Of a stretch of 54,848 nucleotides of DNA, positions 45,131 through 54,848 are shown piece after piece; the first letter of the stretch is position 1; each line of letters starts with the position of its first letter. The DNA is taken from positions 1 through 54,848 of the IMG/VR virus record IMGVR_UViG_3300036852_000068. One strand, 5' to 3'. The translations under genes and the position numbers were made by a program. The stretch comes from a virus (Duplodnaviria; Caudoviricetes). Under the pieces are notes generated by a model. The model worked only from the letters and a program-made list of their open reading frames with translations. It was not told where the DNA came from and ran no database searches.

Positions 45131-45332
45131 GAGTCAGGTCAGAAATGCGGACACCATACAGGACGCATAACCGAGCCACAACATCGCCATTAGCACGGCA
45201 CTGGTCGTTCTCAATCTGGAAAAGGTGTTGACGGCTGATGCCTACGGCCTTAGCTGCGTGCGCCATTGCCATCTTGCCGCGCGCCTTCTTTAGCTTGGGG
45301 CCGCTGATTTCAATATTCACCGTTGCGCTCAT
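45093..45332 (-). CDS. Cro/XRE-type HTH regulator, leaderless
   Basis: LKKARG..MAHAAKAVGISRQHLFQIEND; ATG 45332 lies 8 nt after the -10 box. Confidence 0.8.
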   Translation of the reverse strand: MSATVNIEISGPKLKKARGKMAMAHAAKAVGISRQHLFQIENDQCRANGDVVARLCVLYGVRISDLTRAETNGKRKAVA

Positions 45333-45340
45333 GTTCGTAG

Positions 45341-45473
45341 ATAATATAGTCAAGTACCGCCTGCGTCAAGCCTCATTTTACAAGCGAATTTGCTAAGGAA
45401 ATTAACGAATTGTAAAATAATCTAAATTTCTGTCAATTAGGGCTTGACAGCCTAATAATCCCTTTGCTAGTAT
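45341..45473. promoter_or_regulatory. Back-to-back divergent leaderless promoters
   Basis: Minus strand: TTGACG(45369)-17-TATTAT. Plus strand: TTGACA(45444)-18-TAGTAT with TG, ATG at 45481. AT-rich gap between them. Confidence 0.75.
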
Positions 45474-45480
45474 CGCGGGC

Positions 45481-48400
45481 ATGGAGCAGCACCAAACACA
45501 AATCGTAGTTAAAGGGGTCAGCGACGAAGTTCTTGAGTGCCAGAAGTGCGGCAAGCCCGAACTCAAGCGGACTATCGTGTTGAGTGATGGCGAATCAGAA
45601 CTCTATTACGGTTCACAATGCGCGGCTCGCGCGCTAGGAATGCGTAAACGCTCGGTGGATCGCATAGCGGAACAGAGAGCGCAAGGGCGAACGGTTCGCA
45701 ATTTTTCTAAACCGATTTTTCGCGGCGGAAGGTTTCTCGGCTATGCCTAGCGACAAAGAAACGATTGAGAACCTGTACAACCTCCTGCGAGCGGTGGTGT
45801 TTAAGTTTGGGCGCGACGTGACGGTAACGAAAGACGAATTCATGCAATCGCTTGGCGGTTCGCTTTCCATTCAACCACGAGATGACGTGACGTATTTACG
45901 CATTTGGAGTCTACATTCAGACGTGAGCGAGTCAGCACAATGAAACCCCATCTCTTCAATCCACACCCCCGCGCGCCGCTCTTTTGCGCTTACGATGACG
46001 GCGATGCCGGATGTCATCAACGAGTCAATCATCCGCTGCATGCGAAGCCGATTACGCTTAGCCGTCAATGCGACAACGCGACCCATTCGGTTTGCACTTA
46101 CCCTGACCGCTGCACATGCGTCTGTCATCAACCGGCGGGTCAGTTCACTGTTCATGACCTTGCATTGATTCGACAGATAGTGCTGGGAGTGATTGATGAT
46201 GGCGATCCGCAGACGCCGAGGGACAGCGGAGACTGGGAACTGTACGCCGCAACTGAAGCTGTGGCTAATGAGCAACGCCTGCGCTTCTGTGATGAAATAG
46301 CCCGGCGGATTATTAAATCAGGCTGCCAGTCGATTCCCGGTCGGGTAAGGGTTTGAAGCCACGGGGCATTAAGACGGAAGGAAAAACAGACGATGGCAAA
46401 CATGAGCTATTGCAGATTCGAGAACACGCTAGGCGACCTTGAAGATTGTTTCGATCACATAAGCGACGAAAATTTAAGTTCCACCGAAGAGCGATGCCGT
46501 GAAGCGTTGATCGCTCTTTGTAATGAAATCGCTGAGCAACACGGTGACATGTACGACGACGATGTGCTGACTAGTTCCGCGAAGCACGGCTAATCGGTAG
46601 GCCGCTCTGCGGCGAGAGGGAGGGGAAGGATGACAACGGAAAGAAAGTTGAACAAACGATTACTGCGCAAGGTGCGGGATCGAATTGCGAAGATTCCTGA
46701 GAGTTATAGCCAAGACCATTTTTGGTTGAACGATAAGGATGCGCCGTGTGGAACGGTAGCGTGTCTCGCGGGAGAAACAATCATCGTATCGCGTCCCTCG
46801 ATCAAGCAAGGACTGCGTAGCCTTCGGCGTCTAAGCAATATTGCTTTTTGCGAAATCGCAGATCATCCAATTGTCAAACGTGCCGGGAAACTTCTCGGCT
46901 TGTCGAAGGGCGAACTCATGGTATTTGACGGTGAAGCATTCGGATGGCCTCAACCTTATCGCTCACGTTTCAAGCAAGCCGAAACTAACAAGCAACGCGC
47001 CAAAGTCGCCGTTGCCTACCTCGATGAATGCCTAAAGCGCGGAAAGATGGTGTGGTGACGACGCAACCAGAGCAGAGGAGAAACCCATGATCGATGTTGC
47101 TGTAAACCAGACCGACAAACTGATTTGTGAGAACGAGCGTTTGCGGATACAACTACGCAAGATGGTTGAGATTATTGAGAAGCGACTGAACGAACCGTGG
47201 ATCGAAATCCTTCACGCTGTACAGGAAGCGAAGGTTGAATTAGGCGACGATGAGCCATGACACCTGAAACCAGAGCAAAACTAGACGCGATCCGAGAGCG
47301 CAATAAGCGACTGCGGGTTGATCTCAGAGGACTCGCCGTAACGCCTCAAGAGCGTGTCTATGAAAACACAGTCAACGATCTGCTAAACGACAGTGACCGC
47401 CTCATCACCATCATAGACGAGCAGGGGTGGTGGAAAGAATCGGCAATGTCTATCTTAGCCGAATACGACGAGATTGCTGAATCGTTCGGAGGGAAGCTAG
47501 GCAGTAGCAAAATGGAGAACCTTCGCGACGGTATCGAATCTCTCCGCATTCAGTTAGCAGAGGCCCGCCGTGACGCATTCGATGAAGCGATTGAGATTGC
47601 CAAGCAGCCAATCAACACGCTCGGTTTTGGCAGCGCATCGGGTGGAATCGCGCAGCTATTTATCGTGAAGCAACTCGGAGCCGCCCGTGACGCTGAATCG
47701 AAAGGGGTTAAGTGATGGCAAACACACTTGAGATGGCGCGAGAGGTGATGCGCGACGTGAACTTACAGGCTTTCAGTGACGTCACCTACGATCAACTTCA
47801 AGAGCGGATCATTGCCGCACTGACCGCCGCACAAGAGCCGCTCCTCGCCATTGTTGACCAACAAAAGCAAGAGATTGCGCGCCTGAATGCGGCGTTCGAT
47901 AAAGCGATTTCAACTATTAAGGCAATTCCGGGCAATGCGTGGGGGTCAGATTTAACGAACACAAGAGCGAAAGCGTTGTCCGAGGCTATCGTCGCACTTC
48001 AAGCCGCCCGTGAATCGAAAGGGAAGTACCAGGATGCGTTTAACGCAAGTCGCGTTTGACTCGAACGGTAAAAATGGATATTGGGGCATTGTGCTTACAC
48101 CCCGAAATTCACAACTGAGAGGACAAAGAAACAATGGCAACATCAACCGCAACCGCGCCGGGAATAGTTCGGACCCGGCATATCAGTTTTGCGCTAGGTC
48201 TGTTGGAGCGAATGCCTGACAGCGACCTGCGAGAATGTTTCCCCGCAAACTCAACTGCTGAAGTCCGCGAGTATCTGAAGAAACTACGCACACAAGGACT
48301 GAAGTATTTCCCCTGCCGCTGCGAAGCCGTTGCCGACGATAGCTCATGCCTCGGCTGGGAAAAGGACAACGGCCCGCGTAAACCAAGTGGGAGCGCGTAA

Positions 48401-50045
48401 AGGCGCAAGGAGAAGGAGAGATGACGATTGATGAACACATAAATACGCTAGTCGAGCATAAGAATGACGAGAGCGGTCTGTTCAGGCTGTATGCACGCAC
48501 TGCACTGCTCGAAGTTGCCCGCGATCAGCGACACGCCTGCGTGGAGGCTTTGCACACAGTCGGACATGACGGGTTTCTAAACTACCACGAGACGCATCAG
48601 GCAGTGATGAACGCGGAGATTAAACGGTAAGTGAGCGCGTAAAGGCGCAAGGAAAGAAGAGATGGAAAGACAGAGGTTTTGGTGCGGTGACGTTTCAGCC
48701 CCGATGGTGTTAGACAACAAGGGAAGGTGCTGCGGACGTAAGCCGCTGACGTACCGGCGTGAAGGCCACCGCTTCTGTGATCGGTGCCACCGCTCTTATG
48801 ACTTTCACGGAAACTGGCAGAAAGATAATTGGGCGTGGAAACGTCGCGCAGACGGTCAGTTTGTTTACTCGACGGGGCCGAACAGGATTGGGCAAGGGTA
48901 GCGCGAACGGAGCCCGACTAGATGAACAAACAAACTGAATCATGGAAGTGCGCGTTTTGCGGAGCCAAGAATTCAATCGGTTCGCTACATCTGCCGCGTC
49001 TGCGGAAAGTTCCGAGGTGAGAAATGACAAAAGAACAAAGAGACGAAATCAACCGCTTGTATGCTGCGCTTCTGAACTTTCTATCATTTGGGTATGACTC
49101 CGAGTATCAGAAAGGCGAGAGCGCGATCCGACAGTTAGAAAAGCTGTGCAGCCTTGCGTTAAAGGGTCAACCGCGCGAGCCGAAGCCAATGATAAACCAA
49201 GAGGGGCAAATGAAAGATAGCACCCCAACTGAATCATTAAAGCCTGTTGCGCTGGAAATGTGCCGTCACCGCAAAATGTGGATCATCGCAGGTGGCTGTT
49301 GGTATTGGTGTTATGAGTGCGGCGCTGTTCGCCAGGCCCGGCACAACGAGGCGATTGGCCCGTGGATCAAGCCCGTCGGCAAGGGTGGCGAGAATCCGGC
49401 TGACGAACTAGTCTAGGCAAAGGGAGCTATGGGTATCACTCCTCCACTGCTTTTGGTGTTAATACTGACTGAGGCTTGATCGGTAGAGCCATGTTGAAGG
49501 GCGATGGTATCCCGCAATACTATGTTTGTGCCGCGTGTCAGCAGCCATGCTCGTTAGCAGTGCCCGTGCGCAGGGAATTGAATTACCCAATTAACGCTTA
49601 CGAATCGAAGCCTGCCGCTGGCTGAGAGGGGAGAGAGGGGGATGAGCGAAGCTGAGCGAATCAAGAAGTACGTTGACGCAGTTATCGACGTGCGAATGAT
49701 GCAATACAACGTAGACATGCGCGACTGTCCTGCGACGCGCAGATGGCTTGCTGAAGCGCGGGCGGCTCTCGAAATCGCAACGAAAGAATTTGAAGCCTCG
49801 CCAGTCAACCAAGAGAGGAGTGAATTGTGAAGGATGAAAAGGCAGTAGAAGCGAAGAAGCGGCGTCGTCATGTATGGATCGTGCAGATGAAAATAGGCGA
49901 CATGTGGTATCCGACCACGGGCGCAGCAATCACTCTGAAAGCGGCAACAAAAACCGTGCGCGAATGGCGCGAGCGGAATCCGAGCGATACGTTTCATGTT
50001 CATAAATTTTGGCCTGAATCAGGAAGGACATGGTATGGCTACTAA
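45481..50045 (+). other. Long run of small early genes (e.g. 45481-45750 Zn-binding, 46393-46593 MANMSYCRFENT family, 46630-47058, 47257-47715, 47712-48059, 48134-48400, 48421-48630, 48662-48901, 49024-49416, 49642-49830, 49827-50045)
   Basis: Co-oriented and densely packed, most with an RBS; no assignable function. Confidence 0.65.
48391..48653 (+). repeat. 21-bp direct repeat GAGCGCGTAAAGGCGCAAGGA flanking one gene
   Basis: Identical copies at 48391-48411 and 48633-48653. Confidence 0.9.
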
Positions 50046-50137
50046 CCAACCACAGCGCGGATGTCGCTCATGGTGGTGCTGGTGGAAACACGGACACGAG
50101 TGTGACTGTTACTGCGTTCAATGCTGGAGGAAACACC

Positions 50138-50704
50138 ATGAACGATAAGGCAGAACGGATTGAGCGGCATGAGTTCATCGCTGGAGCCGATCCCGCGTTT
50201 TGTGCAAGCGAAGCGGCGGGGTATTACTGCGGTCAGCCCCGCGACGCGCCAGTACACGCGCCTGCTGAGCCGCCGCGACCCAAAATATGGCACGACTCCC
50301 AGCCCATGTCACAATATCGCGTAACGGAAGGAGAACAACCAACGGTCGATTCTGGTTCATTTCAAGCAGCCGAGACACCCGCCCCGCCTCAGACGGACTC
50401 ACCCGCACCCGCGCACTCTGCAATGATCGCAGAAGTTGAATCGCTAAAGGATGCGGTTGTTGACGCGGCAGTAGGCTGGCACGAAAGCGGTCGTGAGGGT
50501 GACAATACATGGTTTGAAAAAGGCGAAGTTCTGGCACACGCGGTTGAAAAGTTACTGGCAAGACGTGCTGAGCCTTTTAGTCGAATACCAACGGACAACA
50601 TTGACACGATATCTAGTTACTGTGAAGTAGATGATTGCGGCCATTGTTCCACGCCTCAGTGCGCTTGCTATTGCCATGAAATTGAGAATGGAGACCCAAA
50701 ATGA
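50138..50704 (+). CDS. Modular hypothetical protein with PAP linkers
   Basis: GGAGG RBS before ATG 50138; Cys/His modules separated by TPAPPQTDSPAPA. Confidence 0.65.
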   Translation: MNDKAERIERHEFIAGADPAFCASEAAGYYCGQPRDAPVHAPAEPPRPKIWHDSQPMSQYRVTEGEQPTVDSGSFQAAETPAPPQTDSPAPAHSAMIAEVESLKDAVVDAAVGWHESGREGDNTWFEKGEVLAHAVEKLLARRAEPFSRIPTDNIDTISSYCEVDDCGHCSTPQCACYCHEIENGDPK

Positions 50705-51285
50705 GCACGAAGCAGACGCGGCACGCTTTCATACCTTTCGTTTGCGACAACTGCAACACGTCAGACGTGCTCGAAACGTGGAAACGAATGACGCATCTCG
50801 CGCAGCAAAACAAATATGACTTAGCGGCCAAAATTATCAAGTTAGAATCGGACTTAATGCGATACGTAGCAGTTGAACAATCAGCCGCCGCACCCGCACC
50901 GCCTCAGACGGATTCACGAACTAAGGCGTTCGCTAAGTTCCGAAACAGTGTGGGTTTCCAATTTGGATTCTTTCGGTTTTCAGGACTGTCAGAAGAGAAG
51001 GCCATCGACCATATTTGCAACGCAGCACAAAGACTCGTTAACGAACTGACCGCACCCGCACCGCTTACTATTGAGCAGGCTTTAGTGGAGTTGAGAGAGA
51101 TGTTTCCTGACTGTTGGATTCGCATTGATCGGTCGCTTCGATACCAGCCGGAAGTGAATGCAGAACCGTACTCCTTGGTTACTATTTCGATAGACAAATT
51201 CGTGGATGACTTTGAATGCGCAACCCTCGACCTCGCCATGAATCAAGTTAGGCAGCGGGTAAAGGAGAAACAGAACGATGGGTAA
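50701..51285 (+). CDS. Modular hypothetical protein with PAP linkers
   Basis: APAPPQTDS and TAPAPL linkers. Confidence 0.65.
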   Translation: MSTKQTRHAFIPFVCDNCNTSDVLETWKRMTHLAQQNKYDLAAKIIKLESDLMRYVAVEQSAAAPAPPQTDSRTKAFAKFRNSVGFQFGFFRFSGLSEEKAIDHICNAAQRLVNELTAPAPLTIEQALVELREMFPDCWIRIDRSLRYQPEVNAEPYSLVTISIDKFVDDFECATLDLAMNQVRQRVKEKQNDG

Positions 51286-51412
51286 TGCTGTGTGTGGTCG
51301 CCGATACCGAATCTGGCTTGGAGAGAAATGGAGTGGTACGCGCCACTGTACGAAGCGCCGTGGTCATAAAAGTAAATGCGGCAAACATAAGGAGAAAGCC
51401 AATGGCAACTAA
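51278..51412 (+). CDS. 44-aa basic Cys/His mini-protein (not in ORF track)
   Basis: AAGGAG RBS; MGNAVCGRRYRIWLGEKWSGTRHCTKRRGHKSKCGKHKEKANGN. Confidence 0.55.
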   Translation: MGNAVCGRRYRIWLGEKWSGTRHCTKRRGHKSKCGKHKEKANGN

Positions 51413-51890
51413 CTCACCCGTACCACCATATGACACGCACTCTACTGATTCAGGACGCATCTACGCCGACGATGATGCTATGGCCGAAAGGGAACTGGCG
51501 CGAATCAGGGCACGTAAGAACTCACCCGCACCAGAGCGAATCTGGCTGCAACGAGGGCAAGCGAAAGACCCCGATGAGTGTACCTTGTCTCACGTAAGCA
51601 CCGACGGCAACGGCGAGGTTGAATATGTTCGCGCCGATCTCGCTGCTACTCCCGCTGGCGAGGTTGTGACTTGCATGGAGGATGTTCGACGCCTTGAGTT
51701 GCGACGCGACGCGCTATGTGAGAAGGCGTCAATACTTGATTGTATTAACCAAGAGCTGCGAGAAAACGAGGCAGGATTTCAAGCGACGACAGACGATGAC
51801 CCGCGAGCAGCAATCCGCTTGTTAGTCGATGCTGTCCGCACAAAAGAACGCCGTCAGGTTGCTGTCTCAGCCCTTCAGGTGGCTAAGTGA
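51402..51890 (+). CDS. Modular hypothetical protein (APERIWLQ...VEYVRADL motif)
   Basis: TAAGGAG RBS before ATG 51402. Confidence 0.65.
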   Translation: MATNSPVPPYDTHSTDSGRIYADDDAMAERELARIRARKNSPAPERIWLQRGQAKDPDECTLSHVSTDGNGEVEYVRADLAATPAGEVVTCMEDVRRLELRRDALCEKASILDCINQELRENEAGFQATTDDDPRAAIRLLVDAVRTKERRQVAVSALQVAK

Positions 51891-51937
51891 ACGAATCATC
51901 ACCGCGCTGGAAGGACTGAAGAAAGAATAATTTAGAA

Positions 51938-52138
51938 ATGAGAATTATCTTATTGTTAATCGCTTGCTTATTAATGGGGGGTTGTTACTACGACGACTCT
52001 CCTGTTTTAAGTCAAAATCCAATAGGAACAGGCCGGATGCGTGTTCATGTCCCAAGACCCGTTCCGAAACCTATTCCAACTCCACGCGCACCCTTTCGAT
52101 GCTTCAAGCAACCCAATGGGCGTCTAATTTGCGAATAA
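51938..52138 (+). CDS. Small lipoprotein
   Basis: Signal peptide with LMGGC lipobox, Pro-rich linker, C-terminal RCFKQPNGRLICE. Confidence 0.7.
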   Translation: MRIILLLIACLLMGGCYYDDSPVLSQNPIGTGRMRVHVPRPVPKPIPTPRAPFRCFKQPNGRLICE

Positions 52139-52155
52139 AGGGAGAATTCGAAAAG

Positions 52156-52413
52156 ATGATTAACTACGAACCATATAGCCCGCAGACTTGTCAGTTCCAT
52201 TGTACTGGTAGCGCTTTACCGGTTGACGGCGAAAAGGACGCTGTTGACGGTCTGCGATTATTATACGCTACTGAATGGCGACCTTGTTTCGCCTGCATCG
52301 TCGGCTTCAACCCCGACCTTACCTGCAAGCCGTGGGACGTGGAGAGAGCAGTGCCGCTGATGTCAGTTCTGGTGGGCCAAATCGGTCAACATGACACTTC
52401 CAATTTGTTTTGA
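52156..52413 (+). CDS. Hypothetical protein
   Basis: GGGAG RBS before ATG 52156. Confidence 0.55.
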   Translation: MINYEPYSPQTCQFHCTGSALPVDGEKDAVDGLRLLYATEWRPCFACIVGFNPDLTCKPWDVERAVPLMSVLVGQIGQHDTSNLF

Positions 52414-52437
52414 GTAGGTGTAGATTGCGCAGACGCT

Positions 52438-52737
52438 ATGGAACCAGACACTGTACAACCAACCACCCCACGCGTCAGCGAAGGCGGCATATTCCTTTGT
52501 CGCCGCTGCGGGAAAGATGTTGAAGGTTACGATCTCTGTGTCCCTATATGTACCGACGCCAAGCACGTAGCCTTACGCGGCTCACTGAGGTTGCTCTACA
52601 CCAGTGGGACGGGTGAGGCGAGTTGTCAGCAGCAATGCGCATGCGGTGGTTTGCATCCGTGCTTTCTACGACTTGATCATAGCTTAGTAATCGACCATCG
52701 GTTTACATCGGAATGTTTGAATGGAAAGCCCAAGTAA
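52438..52737 (+). CDS. Cys-rich hypothetical protein
   Basis: Fills the gap before the exonuclease gene. Confidence 0.5.
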   Translation: MEPDTVQPTTPRVSEGGIFLCRRCGKDVEGYDLCVPICTDAKHVALRGSLRLLYTSGTGEASCQQQCACGGLHPCFLRLDHSLVIDHRFTSECLNGKPK

Positions 52738-53845
52738 ACAAATGAGCCAATGCGTCTTACATCCTGACGAGGTTGCTACTTCTGATGCTCAAGGCATTCC
52801 AGTTTGCTCTGGCTGCTGGCATCAATACAACGATGAACGCCGCATGTCCGATGGGCAATCCCAACGTAGACCATTTCTAGAACGATTGATCAAGGTGAAT
52901 GCTGAGCGCACAACTAAGCGGCAAAGTTATTCAAATAGTCAGCTTCAGTCGATGAAAAACTGTCCTTTACAATTCCATTTCTACTGGGACTTGGCATTGC
53001 GACGCATAGACGATGAGGGATCGGATCATCATCTTCGTTATGGAAGCGCCTTTCATCAGGGGTTAGCTGTTCTATACCAAGGCGGTTCTTTGAATGAATC
53101 CCAGTGGGCGTTTCGTAATGCTTACCCAACCCAACTAGACCTAAACGACAAAGCTAAGACTCAGGAACACGGTGTCATCGCTCTGGCTGCCTATGCCCGC
53201 CGCTGGGCCGAGGAAGATCGTAAATGGAAAGTCATCGTAGTTGAAACCCGCTCCGACGATCCGTGGTCAGTAAAGCCGGATTTGATTATTGAGAACCTTG
53301 ATCATGGTGGCGTCTATCTAGTTGATCACAAGACGACGGGGAAGTATTTGAATTATGACTATTGGGCGCAATTTGAACCTAATTCACAAATAACCCACTA
53401 CCTTGATTATGCTCAATCAAAGTACGGTGAAATCGAAGGCTTCATTATCAATGCGATTGGTTTCCGCTTTCGTGAGCGAGCCTACAAAGGCGAACCGGCT
53501 GGCTTCTGGTCGAACTTTGAACGACAAACATTTAACCGTCGCCCTGAGCAACTAGAGCACGAACGGCGCAATCGCGCATGGTGGATCGAAACTATTGAAT
53601 CATGCCGTCGTAACGGCTTCTGGCCTACAAATACGTCATCCTGCAAGTTCTGCCAATACAAAGCTATCTGTGCGCCGGGGTGGTCATGGGAAAACGACCG
53701 CGAGTTGATTGAGATTCAATACCGACAAGTATGCGACGCGCTACTCACTTACGATGAGCGATGCGTATTAGACCGAAACCACGAAGGCGAGCATGCGCCC
53801 GTCCTTCCAATCGAGCAGCTAATGGAGATTTCCGTAGAATGCTAA
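52721..53845 (+). CDS. PD-(D/E)XK RecB/Cas4-like exonuclease
   Basis: S.SQL....CP, GSAFH, KPDLI...VDHKTT, Q...Y, CKFCQYKAIC. Confidence 0.88.
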   Translation: MESPSKQMSQCVLHPDEVATSDAQGIPVCSGCWHQYNDERRMSDGQSQRRPFLERLIKVNAERTTKRQSYSNSQLQSMKNCPLQFHFYWDLALRRIDDEGSDHHLRYGSAFHQGLAVLYQGGSLNESQWAFRNAYPTQLDLNDKAKTQEHGVIALAAYARRWAEEDRKWKVIVVETRSDDPWSVKPDLIIENLDHGGVYLVDHKTTGKYLNYDYWAQFEPNSQITHYLDYAQSKYGEIEGFIINAIGFRFRERAYKGEPAGFWSNFERQTFNRRPEQLEHERRNRAWWIETIESCRRNGFWPTNTSSCKFCQYKAICAPGWSWENDRELIEIQYRQVCDALLTYDERCVLDRNHEGEHAPVLPIEQLMEISVEC

Positions 53846-53855
53846 AGGAGAGCAA

Positions 53856-54734
53856 ATGCCAAATCAAGAAGAATTCTTGCAACGCAGACCCGCGTTTACC
53901 GTGATGATTAACTCTTACTTCGGTGGAGGTAAGACGTTACAAGCCCACTCATTTCCAAAGTGCTACACGATTTCCTGCGACCCAGCCGGACTCGAAACCT
54001 TGCGCCAGCCTAAGAGCAAGCGGTTTCTCGACAATCTTATTTGGTATGAGGAATTGCATAACGAGAGCGAGTTGGAATTAAAGAAACTGTTTGCTGAGAA
54101 CGCCAAGGCTGATGATCGCTATTCAATCTACGGCTGCCTTGCTCATTGCAAGGAGATGGCCACGAAGGGCGAAGTCGAGACGTTGGTAGTTGATGGTGCT
54201 AATTACTTCGTTGATATGAAGTGGCAGCAGATCAATGAATTCGAGGAAGTCAAATCCGCCCACTCAGGCAATCGGGACTCGCAAGCGATGTATCGGAACC
54301 TTGGCCTCTATCTACAACGGTTCTTTGCTTCTGACTTACTCACAATGGCAACCCGAAACCGTCTTAATGTAGTTTGCACGTTTCACTTAAAACGCGAGTC
54401 CGAGGAAGCAGTCCAAGGAAGTGGCGCAATGAAGAATCGCGCTCGTAAGGTGGCGTTGAATTCCGACATTGCCCCACTCATTGAAGGTGGCTTTCGCGCT
54501 AAAGCAGAGGGACTGTTCGGCGCATCGATCTATTTGGATAAGCGGCTGAAGGATGGCAAGCCATACTATGAAGCCATCTGTGACATCGCTCCCGGCCTTG
54601 GAACAATGGTTTTAGCGAAGAATCGCTACGGCTTAAGTCCGAAGGTTGATTTAACTGACCGTTCTTTATACGACGCATTGATTCAATCGATCAATGGTAA
54701 TACGCAACAGGCTAAGCCAAAGATGGCGAGCTAA
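53856..54734 (+). CDS. Sak4/AAA_24-like P-loop ATPase (recombination)
   Basis: GGGKT..A.SFPK, TLVVDG, NVVCTFH, LAKNRYGL. Confidence 0.85.
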   Translation: MPNQEEFLQRRPAFTVMINSYFGGGKTLQAHSFPKCYTISCDPAGLETLRQPKSKRFLDNLIWYEELHNESELELKKLFAENAKADDRYSIYGCLAHCKEMATKGEVETLVVDGANYFVDMKWQQINEFEEVKSAHSGNRDSQAMYRNLGLYLQRFFASDLLTMATRNRLNVVCTFHLKRESEEAVQGSGAMKNRARKVALNSDIAPLIEGGFRAKAEGLFGASIYLDKRLKDGKPYYEAICDIAPGLGTMVLAKNRYGLSPKVDLTDRSLYDALIQSINGNTQQAKPKMAS

Positions 54735-54764
54735 ACTTTCAACAACTAACTAAGGAGAAAAACC

Positions 54765-54848
54765 ATGTCAGATGTACCGTTTGATGTAACAGAAGAAATC
54801 GAGGTCGGCGATTTGTCCGATCAGTCTGGTGGCGTACTTGACCCCGCG
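54765..54848 (+). CDS. 5' part of the SSB-like gene (continues at base 1)
   Basis: TAAGGAG RBS; MSDVPFDVTEEIEVGDLSDQSGGVLDPA; its last 3 codons equal the first 3 codons of the window. Confidence 0.85.
   Translation, partial: MSDVPFDVTEEIEVGDLSDQSGGVLDPA

Noticed and set aside
52721-53845. Cas4 / CRISPR system
   Set aside because: No repeat-spacer array or other cas genes; the context is the usual exonuclease-Sak4-SSB recombination module.

Overview
This window looks like an essentially complete, circularly permuted genome of a long-tailed dsDNA phage (siphovirus-like, 54.8 kb). The last 9 nt repeat the first 9 nt, and an SSB-like gene reads in frame across the join. The minus strand (about 37.1 kb down to 8 kb) holds the late operon: terminases, portal, scaffold, decoration, major capsid, head-tail joining, tail tube, chaperones, tape measure, tail tip/fibre and lysis genes. 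The plus strand (37.2 kb round through 8 kb) holds many small early genes in cassettes, several behind leaderless sigma70-type promoters. It also holds a recombination module (PD-(D/E)XK exonuclease, Sak4/AAA_24 ATPase, DUF669-like SSB, RusA-like resolvase), a beta-clamp homologue and two N6A/N4C DNA methyltransferases. I recognised no integrase, DNA polymerase, primase domain, tRNA or CRISPR. Five oddities stand out. (1) The second methyltransferase gene carries three HNH endonuclease genes with no visible intron or intein: two are overprinted inside an unbroken host frame, each with its own embedded promoter, and one splits the enzyme and adds new terminal peptides. There is also an in-frame TGA wedged into the HPT-VKP motif. 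(2) A 590-nt non-coding stretch at 1084-1670 is built of tandem G-U-rich stem-loop domains with repeated linkers. (3) The tail chaperone has a predicted +1 frameshift at UCC-UUU-CGU. (4) Two distant exported mini-proteins share a C-terminal RCFKQPxGxxxCE loop. (5) Pro-Ala-Pro DNA repeats mark module junctions in early genes. All family calls come from motif recognition by eye; no searches were run.
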